From positions 2,940,001 through 2,972,000 of the forward strand of contig NZ_LN831039.1 in assembly GCF_001457595.1 (NCBI RefSeq): DNA of 32,000 nt, in the 5' to 3' direction. Positions 7,666 to 16,511 of the stretch are shown piece after piece (the first letter of the stretch is position 1; each line of letters opens with the position of its first letter). Below the pieces are notes generated by a model. That model was given only the letters and a program-made list of their open reading frames with translations. It was not told the DNA's origin and did not search any database. Both the position numbers and the translations under genes were made by a program. Origin of the DNA: Mycolicibacterium smegmatis. Its GTDB lineage: Bacteria > Actinomycetota > Actinomycetes > Mycobacteriales > Mycobacteriaceae.

Positions 7666-9323
7666 CCTGAATCCGTGGAGCGGCCCTCCTTGAGGTGTCC
7701 GTGTGTGGTTTCTGCTGCGTTCGGTGTTGCGGGCATGCGGTAGTTGCTGGTCTGCCCAGCTTTTCCTGTGTGCTCCGGTTGGGCCTGTTCGGCGCGTTGG
7801 TCAGGTCGTTGCCGGTAGCGGTGGGCTGTATCCGATGGTGTTGCGCCACAACGTGAGCCAGTGCTCTGTCCAGGGCCAGTGCTCGGGGAGGTGCAGGATC
7901 GGTCGACGCTGGGGTCGGGCCAGACGGGCGGGAATGTTGACGATCTTGCGGCGCAGCGTCGCGCCGCGGGCAACCACGTGGGCACCTCCTGCGAGCACGC
8001 CGGCGGCGCGCAGCAGGTTGTGCGCGATCGCCGCGCACAACACCCACGCACTGTTGGCACCGAACTGTCCTGAGGGCATGTGGGCCAGGGGTCCGTCGAT
8101 CAGATCGGCGAAGACGGTTTCGATGATCGCGTGCTGGCGGTGGGTGATGTCAGCCTCGGCGGTCGGCAAGTCTGTGTTGGTGAAGAACGGGTGATACCGC
8201 CACACCGGGAACAGCGCGTCCCGAAATCTCGCGTCTTTGACTCGCCGCACCACCAACCGCGCGGTGAACCGATCTTTGGTAGAGGCGAAGGCGGTGTAGC
8301 TGACCTCGGCGACCTCGGCATCAGAAATCCAGTCACCGGTGTCGGGATCACGCACTGCACCGGGATAGTTGACCGGCTCCCAGGCCTGCTCGTCGATCGA
8401 ACTGATGGCCCGATCAACCGCGGTATTGCGGGTCATCACCACCGAGAAGTGCGCATTGTGGGCTCGGCAGGCGCCCACCACCGACCGGGTGCCGTAGGAC
8501 GAATCGCCACGCACCAGCAGTTGCCCGCGCACGCCGGCGGCGCGGGCGGTGGCGATGGCTTGGGCGACCATGCGGCCCGCACCCTTCCCGGAACTGGTCT
8601 TACCGGCGCGCAGCCGCATCCCGGCGATCACCGGCGCCGCTCCGGGGGTGCTGATCGTCGTCGCCAACGGGGAGAGCCCTTTACGCAGAACCTGCTTACC
8701 AGCGATCTTGGTATGCCCGTAGGAGGCACCCTGTTTGGCGTGGCCATAGACCGGGCGCAGCAGTGAGTCGATGTCGATGAACGCCCCCGTGTCGGATCCG
8801 GGCAGCAGGTCCACCCGCGCACAGAGTGCGGCCAGATGATGACGCAGGACCGACTCCAACTGCCGGGCGTGTCCGAAGGTGAACTCCCGCAACAAAGTAC
8901 CAACAGTTGACGGTGCATACACACCGCCAAAGAGTGTCTTCATGCCACCGGCGCGAACCAAGTCGAGGTCATCGATGCTGTCCGCGCCGACACACATGCC
9001 GGCGATCACCGTGGTCAGCTTCGGGGACGGATTCGCCGAGCCGGATTTGATCTTCGGTGCCGGAATGGAAATCTTGTCGGCCAACAACTTCGGTAGTCCG
9101 GTCTGGGTGGCCAGCGTCATTACCGGCACCAGACCGGCGCACGACACGAGATGGGCATCATCGAAGACCGCCGACGACACGGCGAACCTATGGGACACTT
9201 GCACCGGAAGTGCCTTTCGAAGTTGTGCCGATAAGTGCCTAGAGAACACTCATCATCACAGCTCAGAAGGCACTTTCCTCGTCACGACACCCTGCGACCA
9301 GCCAATTCATCGGTGGATCGAGG
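7666..9323 (-). mobile_element. IS1380-family insertion sequence, copy B (1658 bp), inverted relative to copy A
   Basis: Left end CCTgaATCCgtgg at 7666, right end ggtgGATCGAGG ending 9323, CTTAG on both sides; contains a minus-strand transposase. Confidence 0.82.
7801..9249 (-). CDS. IS1380-family transposase (copy B)
   Basis: The reverse complement at 9249 reads gtgttctctaggcacttatcggcacaacttcgaaag = MFSRHLSAQLRK..., and tca at 7801-7803 is the stop after IGYSPPLPATT. The supplied track lists this as '+', which the sequence contradicts. Confidence 0.88.
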   Translation of the reverse strand: MFSRHLSAQLRKALPVQVSHRFAVSSAVFDDAHLVSCAGLVPVMTLATQTGLPKLLADKISIPAPKIKSGSANPSPKLTTVIAGMCVGADSIDDLDLVRAGGMKTLFGGVYAPSTVGTLLREFTFGHARQLESVLRHHLAALCARVDLLPGSDTGAFIDIDSLLRPVYGHAKQGASYGHTKIAGKQVLRKGLSPLATTISTPGAAPVIAGMRLRAGKTSSGKGAGRMVAQAIATARAAGVRGQLLVRGDSSYGTRSVVGACRAHNAHFSVVMTRNTAVDRAISSIDEQAWEPVNYPGAVRDPDTGDWISDAEVAEVSYTAFASTKDRFTARLVVRRVKDARFRDALFPVWRYHPFFTNTDLPTAEADITHRQHAIIETVFADLIDGPLAHMPSGQFGANSAWVLCAAIAHNLLRAAGVLAGGAHVVARGATLRRKIVNIPARLARPQRRPILHLPEHWPWTEHWLTLWRNTIGYSPPLPATT

Positions 9324-9328
9324 CTTAG
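9324..9328. repeat. CTTAG flank, right side of IS copy B
   Basis: GGATCGAGG|CTTAG|ccgctg. Confidence 0.75.
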
Positions 9329-9569
9329 CCGCTGTTTCTCCTCGCCGGTGGGTGGTCGGCAGGTGGCGGCGCAGTCTGCCCGCCCGGGACGTCGGCAACT
9401 TGCCGCCCAAGACTCTCGAGCACGGCTCCGCCGGCGGCGCGCGGTGAAGCGGCTTTGGACGCCTTCCGGCGGACGTGGTTTCGATCCGTCGGTGTTCAAT
9501 GGATCTTGTGCGCGTTAGGGTCGGCCGGCTTGCTGTCCTCAAATGGCGATGTCTGCTAGGACGTAGCCT

Positions 9570-10340
9570 GTGAGTTCGTCCGGCAAGTTCTGGTTTCTCT
9601 TGGGGTTCGCGCCAACGATTCTCGTTCTTGCTTCTGTTGCGTGTGCGCGCAGCTTCCATTGGCAGCTTGGAGATGTAGCGGGATGGCTGTCCGGCCTAGG
9701 GTCACTAGCTGCTGTTGGTGTCGCGCTGTGGATTGCTGTGAGTGACAACCGGCGTACTCGCATAGCGCAGGAAGAGAACACTCGGAGAATCCAGCGAAGG
9801 GCGGTCCGTCATGCACAGCGCATCGACCTCGCTGTCGACGGTCCTTACTTTCACGACCGCGCAACACGATCTGTCACTTGGACAGTGAAGCTTGAAAATT
9901 TCGGAGATCGTGCGATCTACGGCGTCCAGTGGTCGCGTTCTAGAGCTGTTATTCGGCTTGGCGACGGCAGTCAGCGGATGCTGATAGCCACGACGAATAT
10001 GAAAGATCCGCCGACGGAATCGCTGACCGCAGCGGAAATGATGGTGGACGACGTAACGCCGATGGCGCTCAAGGCGGGTGACTTCTGCTCGGTCGAGGCG
10101 TCCTTGGACCTCGGGCACTATCCCGCATTAAGGAATCAGCCCGTCGCGCCGATCGATCTCGTTACCTTCGAAGATGAGGACGGCAACCGCCTGGGCGCAA
10201 TACCGCGCGTTGGAGACCCTGTGTCCATTGACGGCGCGACTAATTATCTGGTCCGAAGTGAGTGGGCGATCGTAGGGCAAAATTACGTCGACCAGGCATT
10301 ACGTGAGGTTCGAGCCAAGATGAGACCTCTAGAGGAGTGA
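9570..10340 (+). CDS. Hypothetical membrane-anchored protein
   Basis: 256 aa ORF; N-terminal hydrophobic helices (FWFLLGFAPTILVLASVACA; VAGWLSGLGSLAAVGVALWIAV), then a basic linker and soluble domain. Local sequence looks less GC-rich than the flanks. Confidence 0.6.
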   Translation: MSSSGKFWFLLGFAPTILVLASVACARSFHWQLGDVAGWLSGLGSLAAVGVALWIAVSDNRRTRIAQEENTRRIQRRAVRHAQRIDLAVDGPYFHDRATRSVTWTVKLENFGDRAIYGVQWSRSRAVIRLGDGSQRMLIATTNMKDPPTESLTAAEMMVDDVTPMALKAGDFCSVEASLDLGHYPALRNQPVAPIDLVTFEDEDGNRLGAIPRVGDPVSIDGATNYLVRSEWAIVGQNYVDQALREVRAKMRPLEE

Positions 10341-10367
10341 GTCCACCGTCGATCGCCTTTGGGCGCC

Positions 10368-10622
10368 TTAAACCCATGGCAGGTTCCCGGCGGAAATCGG
10401 CTCCCAATTAGCCGAAACCCTATGCTTCCGGTTCTTGGCGCCCGTCTCCCCGGCGCGGGAGTACGCCCGACACCGCTCGACGCACACCGGCTTGAAGATC
10501 ACGTCTTTCTCCGACATGCCAGAGCCGGCGATCTCGTTCGCGTACTCCCAGTCGAGAGGGCCGTTGCAGTGTCTGCACGTCTGATCCCACTGCCGATGAT
10601 CGATACCCATGTATTGCGGCAT
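10368..10622 (-). CDS. Hypothetical small cysteine-containing protein
   Basis: 84 aa: MPQYMGIDHRQWDQTCRHCNGPLDWEYANEIAGSGMSEKDVIFKPVCVERCRAYSR...; CxxC and CxxxC pairs compatible with a metal-binding knuckle. Confidence 0.4.
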   Translation of the reverse strand: MPQYMGIDHRQWDQTCRHCNGPLDWEYANEIAGSGMSEKDVIFKPVCVERCRAYSRAGETGAKNRKHRVSANWEPISAGNLPWV

Positions 10623-11057
10623 AAACCGACGGTACTGGGGTCCGGCTGGTGATCACAGGAAACTGGCGTGTCGTAGAACTGCATTGTTGGGGGTGCTGAT
10701 CCTCGCCGGCGCCCCTTGCCGTCGGACGCAGCGACGCATTACCGCTCGACGATTCCAAGGCCGTGCCGGGTGGCACCCGTCGTGCGCCGCGCGACGGTCG
10801 CCACGTCTAGCACCTCGGAGCCATGATGCCGGCGACGTCCGAGCAAACGGACCCCGCGGCTGGCGGGCACGAAAGCGATACGGCCGCGCAGCGATCCGAC
10901 CAACTAATCCGCCCGATCGGATCGCGAACAGAGTCGACCGCCTCAACTCCGACGTGAGCCGACTTCACCGTGAAAGTCAGGACCGGGGCAGATTGGGCAC
11001 GTATTGGGCACAAAAACAAGAGAAGCCCGAAGTTGCCGGCCTGAGCTGCGGAAATAA

Positions 11058-11132
11058 TGGTGCGCGATACTGGGATTGAACCAGTGACCTCTTCCGTGTC
11101 AGGGAAGCGCTCTCCCGCTGAGCTAATCGCGC
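11058..11132 (-). tRNA. tRNA-Val(GAC), CCA encoded
   Basis: Minus strand GCGCGATTAGCTCAGCGGGAGAGCGCTTCCCTGACACGGAAGAGGTCACTGGTTCAATCCCAGTATCGCGCACCA; anticodon loop CTGACAC. Confidence 0.93.
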
Positions 11133-11144
11133 TGGTCGAACTGT

Positions 11145-11218
11145 TGGAGGTGGAGACGGGAATCGAACCCGTGTGCACGGCTTTGCAGGCCGTTGCCTCA
11201 CCACTCGGCCACTCCACC
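11145..11218 (-). tRNA. tRNA-Cys(GCA), CCA encoded
   Basis: Minus strand GGTGGAGTGGCCGAGTGGTGAGGCAACGGCCTGCAAAGCCGTGCACACGGGTTCGATTCCCGTCTCCACCTCCA; loop CTGCAAA. Confidence 0.93.
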
Positions 11219-11246
11219 GCGGGGGTTGATGCCTTTCGCACCTTCG

Positions 11247-11319
11247 AGCGGATGACGGGATTCGAACCCGCGACCCTCACCTTGGCAAGGTGATGCGCTA
11301 CCAACTGCGCTACATCCGC
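11247..11319 (-). tRNA. tRNA-Gly(GCC)
   Basis: Minus strand GCGGATGTAGCGCAGTTGGTAGCGCATCACCTTGGCAAGGTGAGGGTCGCGGGTTCGAATCCCGTCATCCGCT; loop TTGGCAA; CCA not encoded. Confidence 0.93.
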
Positions 11320-11570
11320 GCGCCACGGGCGAGATCGTCGCCCGTCGCGATGCAGAACATTAGTCGACGGAGGCTCAAAGGCACAAATCCGCATTACGAA
11401 CGGGGAACGGGCGGTCAAAAACCATGTTTCGTGGCAGGTCGGCGGCCCGTCTGTCGAGGTGGACCGGCGGGTTTCGGCAGCGGGCTCCCACATCTGCCGT
11501 GGTGTGACCTTGCCCACACGCGTCACACCCGTCCCACTGGTTACCCGCGCCGGCGCGAGTGAAACCTGCC

Positions 11571-11732
11571 CGGCCGATCGAGCGTGCGCTCAGGGCGGGC
11601 TGCGGGCCGAAAACCCGCCAAGGGTGCACGGTGGATTCGGGCACTGCGCGCCGGCCGATCGAGCGTGCGCTCAGGGCGAGAAATCGGGCCACATCCCGCC
11701 AGGGGCGCACGGTGGGCAACACGAACGCGACA
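11571..11732. repeat. Imperfect direct repeat, 2 x 81 bp, each unit with a small inverted repeat
   Basis: CGGCCGATCGAGCGTGCGCTCAGGGCG is identical at 11571 and 11652, followed by the similar blocks CGGGCC..A..CCCGCCA.GGG.GCACGGTGG. GAGCG-TG-CGCTC is self-complementary. Confidence 0.85.
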
Positions 11733-11816
11733 GGGGGCAAGATCGAAAACAGGGCCTCTGGGCAGGCGATTCCGGTTCTGCGGGCAAGGCGTGCTAGTCT
11801 TCCTCCTCGTTCCCAT

Positions 11817-11891
11817 GGTCTCGTAGCTCAGTGGGAGAGCGTCCGCCTCACACGCGGAAGGTCGCTGGTTCGAACCCAGCCGGGACCACCA
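11817..11891 (+). tRNA. tRNA-Val(CAC), CCA encoded
   Basis: GGTCTCGTAGCTCAGTGGGAGAGCGTCCGCCTCACACGCGGAAGGTCGCTGGTTCGAACCCAGCCGGGACCACCA; loop CTCACAC. Confidence 0.93.
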
Positions 11892-11902
11892 CATCGACAA
11901 CG

Positions 11903-11927
11903 TGCCGCCCCCAGGGGCGGCATTTTT
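11903..11927 (+). terminator. Intrinsic terminator downstream of tRNA-Val(CAC)
   Basis: TGCCGCCCC-CA-GGGGCGGCA followed by TTTTT. Confidence 0.82.
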
Positions 11928-12128
11928 CACGCGTGGGGTGCCTCGATGAGTGCCCATCCCGCGAACACGCATCTTTTCTCGACGGAAATCTGACCGCGTA
12001 TCGAGTGCGAGAAGAACTGCGATGCAATCGGATTCGGACTCTTTGCGGTGTCCGGCCGTCGTCAGGTCGGCGATGGACCGCCCATCGAACGTGTTGCGTC
12101 GCGTACGCTCGGCACCGGCTCGGCTGAA

Positions 12129-12147
12129 TTAGGTCAGCCACACCTTA
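12129..12147. promoter_or_regulatory. Candidate IdeR/DtxR-type iron box
   Basis: TTAGGTCAGCCACACCTTA, 14/19 matches by hand to the consensus TTAGGTTAGGCTAACCTAA, with both half-sites (TTAGGT / ACCTtA) kept, 41 nt before the first possible start codon of the next gene. Confidence 0.45.
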
Positions 12148-12187
12148 GTTTGATTGCCGAATTAGTTCGACGACCGAAGGATTTCTC

Positions 12188-13831
12188 TTGGTGGGCCCTG
12201 TCCGGCGCTCCCGCGTCGCTCCGCTGGTCTTGGTGACTTCCCTGCTTGCTGCCGCGTGCGGTTCGGATCCAGGGGACGCGCCGGGGTCCGGTCCGGTCGC
12301 GGCCGACTCGCTCACCGTTGCGGTGGTCAAGGACAGCGGGCCCCTGAACATCTTTGCGGGACAGACCGATCAGATGGCCGAACTGATCTACGACAAGCTG
12401 CTGGCCCCATCGCCGTATGTGGCCGAACCGCAACCGTGGCTGGCCACCGATGTGCAGCAGGTCGACGCGACCACATGGGACGTCAACCTCCGTGACGACG
12501 TCACGTGGCACGACGGCGAACCGTTCACCGCCGACGACGTGGTTTTCAGCTTCCATTTCATGCACGCCGCCCCCACCGGCCGATTCACCCACCATGTCAA
12601 CGACACTCCGTCGATCTCGGAGGTCGTGGCCACAGGGGACAACTCCGTGCGGTTCGTCTGCGACTACGCGTGTCCGGAACTGGGCACGGTCACCCTCGCC
12701 GACCTGCCGGTGCTGCCCGAGCACTTCTGGTCGAAGATCGACGCGGCGAAGGCCAAAGAGGTGACCGACCTGCCCATCGGGACCGGCCCGTTCAAGCTCG
12801 TCGAGTACAGCCCCACCAGCGGATACCGATTCGAGGCCAACGCAGACTACTTCGCAGGCGCGCCGACCGTCGATGAACTGGTGATGCCGGTGATCGCCGA
12901 TACCTCGGCCGCTTTCACCGCCATGCGCTCGGGTCAGGTCGACGCCGTCGACCGTGCGCTCACGCCAGAGCTGGTCGACCAGTTCACGGCATCCAGGGAT
13001 ATCGGCGTGGTCACCGTATCGCCCCTGACGTACCCGGAGCTCAAGCTCAACTTCACGCGAGAACCCTTCGCGCAGCCGGACTTCCGGGCCGCACTGAACC
13101 TGGCCGTCGACCGTGACAAGCTGCTCGACATCGTGGCCCTCGGTCGAGGTCGGCCCGCCACTCAGGGTTACGTTCACCCCGACGCGCCGTTCGCCGACCC
13201 CGACGCATCGACCCCGTACGAACCGCAGCAGGCGGCAACACTGCTCGACCGGCTCGGATGGGTCGACACCGACGGTGACGGCGTGCGCGAGAGCCCCGAC
13301 GGCAAACCGGCCCGGTTCGAGCTCATCGTCGACGGCGGCAACGCCCCGCATGTGCGGGCCGCTGAGTTGCTCGTCGAAGACTTCGCCGCGGCAGGCATCG
13401 AGGTGAGGGTCAAACCGCTCGACGCGGGCTCGCTCACCGACGCGTCGGCCAACAAGGCCTACGACTTGTACATCACCACCAACACCCCGCACGCGGTGGC
13501 CGATTCGACGCAGTTCATCATGTCGCACCGGTCGGGCAATCTGTGGAAGCATCCCGATCTGCCCTATCCGGAGTTCGATGCGTTGTACGAACGGTGGCGG
13601 GCCACCGACACCGTTGACTCGCGCATCGCGGTGATGCAGCAGATGCAGCAGCTGTTCAACCGGCAGCCGACGACCATCGCCCTGTACTACCCCGAGGAGC
13701 ACTGGGGCTACCGTGCCGACGCGTTCGCCGGCTGGATCGAGACCCCCGGCTACGGCATCGTGCACAAGTGGTCGTTCCTGCCCGCGGACGTGGTCGAGGG
13801 CGCCAACGCGGAAGCACCGCGGGCCCGATGA
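12188..13831 (+). CDS. ABC transporter substrate-binding lipoprotein, SBP family 5 (peptide/nickel type)
   Basis: TTG 12188 or GTG 12191 start; lipobox LLAAAC|GSDP; YDKLLAPSPYVAEPQPWLATDVQQVDATTWDVNLRDDVTWHDGEPFTADDVVFSF is typical of SBP_bac_5. Confidence 0.9.
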   Translation: MVGPVRRSRVAPLVLVTSLLAAACGSDPGDAPGSGPVAADSLTVAVVKDSGPLNIFAGQTDQMAELIYDKLLAPSPYVAEPQPWLATDVQQVDATTWDVNLRDDVTWHDGEPFTADDVVFSFHFMHAAPTGRFTHHVNDTPSISEVVATGDNSVRFVCDYACPELGTVTLADLPVLPEHFWSKIDAAKAKEVTDLPIGTGPFKLVEYSPTSGYRFEANADYFAGAPTVDELVMPVIADTSAAFTAMRSGQVDAVDRALTPELVDQFTASRDIGVVTVSPLTYPELKLNFTREPFAQPDFRAALNLAVDRDKLLDIVALGRGRPATQGYVHPDAPFADPDASTPYEPQQAATLLDRLGWVDTDGDGVRESPDGKPARFELIVDGGNAPHVRAAELLVEDFAAAGIEVRVKPLDAGSLTDASANKAYDLYITTNTPHAVADSTQFIMSHRSGNLWKHPDLPYPEFDALYERWRATDTVDSRIAVMQQMQQLFNRQPTTIALYYPEEHWGYRADAFAGWIETPGYGIVHKWSFLPADVVEGANAEAPRAR

Positions 13832-14823
13832 CGGCTCTGCGCCGGGTCTGGCAGTACGCACTGGTGTTGTGGGCGGCGGTGACGCTGAACTTCGCGCTGC
13901 CGCACCTGGCGCCAGGGGACCCGGTCGTCTATCTGTACGGCGGTGCCGACCAGTCGCTCGACCCGGCACTCCTCGACGAGATCCGCACGAGTTACGGACT
14001 GGACCGGCCGATCCTCGACCAGTACGTCTCGTTCTGGGCCGGCCTGCTGCGCGGCGATCTGGGACTGTCGGTGCAGCACAACCGCCCGGTGATCGACGTT
14101 CTGGCCGACAAGCTGCCGTGGACGTTGGCGTTGGTCGGCTTGGCGACGCTGCTGGCGTTCGTGATCGGGGCCCTGCTCGGTACGTGGGTGGCGTGGCGGC
14201 GTGGCACCGCGAAAGAAACCGGCACGGTCACCACGGTGCTGGCGTTCGACTCGATGCCCGGGTTCTGGATCGGCATGATCCTCATCGCGATCTTCTCCGT
14301 CAGCCTGGGATGGTTCCCGTCCTACGGCGCCACGACCATCACCGCAACCGGTGCCGACCGGCTCACCGAGGTGGTGTCCCGAATGGTGTTGCCGCTGGCG
14401 ACATTGACCATCGCCAGTGTCGGCGCATTCTTCATGATGACCAGGGCCTCGATGAGCAGTGTGCTGGACGAATCGTTCGTGCGGCTCGCTCGCGCCAAGG
14501 GGCTCGGTGAAATCCGGATCGCCGTCGGGCACGCGCTGCGCAACGCGATGTTGCCCGTGTACACCACGCTCACACTCACCCTGGGGGCCATGCTGTCCGG
14601 CGCTGTGGTCGTCGAGACCGTGTTCGCCTATCCGGGGCTGGGCAAGCTCATCTTCGATGCGGTCACCGCGCGTGACTATCCGTTGTTGCAGGGCGCGTTC
14701 CTGCTCGCCACCGTGGGGATCGTCGCAGCGAACCTGGTGGCCGACCTCACCTATCCCTGGCTCGATCCGCGGGTGCGTCGTGGCCGGCCCGCGCCGAAAC
14801 ATGTTGGGGCGGTGAGCGGATGA
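13828..14823 (+). CDS. ABC transporter permease, DppB type
   Basis: MTALRRVWQYALVLWAAVTLNFALPHLAPGDPV...YGLDRPILDQYVSFWAGLLRGDLGLS; ATGA overlap with the upstream lipoprotein gene. Confidence 0.9.
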   Translation: MTALRRVWQYALVLWAAVTLNFALPHLAPGDPVVYLYGGADQSLDPALLDEIRTSYGLDRPILDQYVSFWAGLLRGDLGLSVQHNRPVIDVLADKLPWTLALVGLATLLAFVIGALLGTWVAWRRGTAKETGTVTTVLAFDSMPGFWIGMILIAIFSVSLGWFPSYGATTITATGADRLTEVVSRMVLPLATLTIASVGAFFMMTRASMSSVLDESFVRLARAKGLGEIRIAVGHALRNAMLPVYTTLTLTLGAMLSGAVVVETVFAYPGLGKLIFDAVTARDYPLLQGAFLLATVGIVAANLVADLTYPWLDPRVRRGRPAPKHVGAVSG

Positions 14824-16511
14824 GAAACATGAGGCTCGTCGGAGTGCGGCACCGCTCGCAGCGCATCGCCACGATCGGTTCGGCGATCCTCGGCGTGCTG
14901 GTGGTCTCGGCGCTCGCCGCGCCGTGGCTGGCGCCCTATGATCCCGCCGTACGGGTCACCCGGCCGTTCGCGACGCCGTCCTCCGCGCACTGGCTGGGCG
15001 CCGACGACGTCGGTCATGACCTTCTCTCGATGCTCATCCACGGCGCCCGTATCTCGCTGTTCGTCGGCATCACCGCCGCGATCGCGGCCACCGTGATCGG
15101 CACGCTCGTCGGGATTCTCGCCGGTTATGTGCGCGGTGTGCTCGACACGATCCTCATGCGGATCGTCGATGTCGTGCTGGCCATGCCGGTCCTGCCGTTG
15201 ACCATCGTGATCGGCGTCTTCGCCGGCCCAGGGCTGCGCACCCAGGTGATGGTCATCGCGGGCGTCCTGTGGGCGGGCCTGGCGCGCGAATTGCGCGCTC
15301 AGGTGTTGACGCTGCGCGAGCGCGATCACATCCAGGCCGAACGTGCGATGGGTGCGGGGGCCTTCTACGTGCTGCGGCGCCACATCACACCTGCCGTGAT
15401 ACCGCTCGTCGTGCCACAATTCGTGCTCACCGTCAAGACCGCGATCCTGCTCGAGGCGGCACTGGCGTTCCTGGGCCTGGGCGACATCTCGGCGGCCAGC
15501 TGGGGGTCGATGCTGTCGATGGCGCACGCGCGCAACGCTTTCCTGACCGATGCCTGGCTGTGGTGGGTGGTGCCGCCGGGGCTTGCCATCGCCGTCACGG
15601 TGCTGTCCTTCGCCTTACTGGGCAATTCGATCGAGGATCGCGCGCGGCCGATCCTGCGCCGGCCTTCCCGCCGGCCCACGGCTGCGCCGACCGGGCAGGA
15701 CCACGATGCCGGGCACGACCCGCTGGTGATCGACGGGCTCACCGTGGTCTACGGCGAGCAAGAGCGTGTCGGCGCCGCCGACGTCAGCTTCACCGTGGCC
15801 GCCGGTGAGATCGTCGGCCTGGTGGGGGAATCGGGCAGCGGTAAGTCCACCGTCGCCGCGGCAGCCATCGGACTGCTCCCCGCCGCGGCGCGCGTCGCGG
15901 CCGGTCGGGTCCTGGTGGATGGCCGCGATGTCGCGGCGATGTCCGGGGCCGATCTGCGTGCCATGCGCGGTAACCGGATCGCACTCATCCCACAGGAGGC
16001 GCTGGGCGCGTTGAACCCGGTGCGCACCATCGGATCTCAGATCGACGAAGCCGTCCTGGTCCACCGGTCGTGCGGCCGCGACGCCGCACGGGCACGCACC
16101 TTGGACCTGTTGGCCCAGGTGGGTCTCGACGGCGATCTGGCCGACGCGTACCCGCACCAGTTGTCCGGCGGTATGCGCCAGCGCGTCGTGATCGCGATGG
16201 CGCTGGCCAACGATCCGGACGTGCTGATCGCCGATGAACCCACGAGCGGACTCGACGTACTCAGCGAGGCCGAGGTGCTGAGGCTGCTCGACCGGCTGCG
16301 CACCAGGCATTCGCTGGCTCTGCTGATCGTCAGCCACAATCTGCCGGTCATCGAACGGATCGCCGACCGTGTCGCGGTGATGAAGGACGGTGCCCTCGTC
16401 GAGATCGGCCCCACCGCACTGGTCACCGAATCCCCGCAGCACCCCTACACTCGCAGGCTCGTCGAGTCCGCACCTCGGCTTGCCCCCGCCCTGCAGGGGG
16501 CCACCCGATGA
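14820..16511 (+). CDS. Fused ABC permease (DppC-type) - ATPase (DppD-type)
   Basis: N-terminal permease ([35 protein letters not shown]...; [21 protein letters not shown]), then Walker [10 protein letters not shown] and signature [12 protein letters not shown] in one continuous 563-aa ORF. Confidence 0.92.
   Translation: MRNMRLVGVRHRSQRIATIGSAILGVLVVSALAAPWLAPYDPAVRVTRPFATPSSAHWLGADDVGHDLLSMLIHGARISLFVGITAAIAATVIGTLVGILAGYVRGVLDTILMRIVDVVLAMPVLPLTIVIGVFAGPGLRTQVMVIAGVLWAGLARELRAQVLTLRERDHIQAERAMGAGAFYVLRRHITPAVIPLVVPQFVLTVKTAILLEAALAFLGLGDISAASWGSMLSMAHARNAFLTDAWLWWVVPPGLAIAVTVLSFALLGNSIEDRARPILRRPSRRPTAAPTGQDHDAGHDPLVIDGLTVVYGEQERVGAADVSFTVAAGEIVGLVGESGSGKSTVAAAAIGLLPAAARVAAGRVLVDGRDVAAMSGADLRAMRGNRIALIPQEALGALNPVRTIGSQIDEAVLVHRSCGRDAARARTLDLLAQVGLDGDLADAYPHQLSGGMRQRVVIAMALANDPDVLIADEPTSGLDVLSEAEVLRLLDRLRTRHSLALLIVSHNLPVIERIADRVAVMKDGALVEIGPTALVTESPQHPYTRRLVESAPRLAPALQGATR

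Larger units (their letters stand above)
2600..11057. mobile_element. Degraded prophage-derived / accessory island adjoining tRNA-Val(GAC); boundaries approximate
   Basis: Fragmentary phage tail tape-measure and endolysin coding sequences, two IS elements, hypothetical ORFs, flanked by a core-like two-component system and a tRNA whose 3' end faces the island. No integrase or complete att pair could be identified. Confidence 0.55.

Noticed and set aside
6000-9323. Composite transposon carrying cargo
   Set aside because: The two IS elements abut with only 5 bp between them, so there is no internal cargo.
9649-9659. Numerous long opposite-strand and out-of-phase ORFs throughout (e.g. 2651..3238 -, 22163..23425 -, 23104..24639 +, 28317..29474 -, 19381..20271 +)
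   Set aside because: They lie opposite or out of phase with strongly recognisable genes and read as Arg/Pro/Ala-rich low-information sequence, as expected of shadow ORFs in high-GC DNA.
11571-11732. CRISPR-like array
   Set aside because: Only two units, 81-bp period, with conservation extending beyond a discrete repeat; no cas genes in the window.
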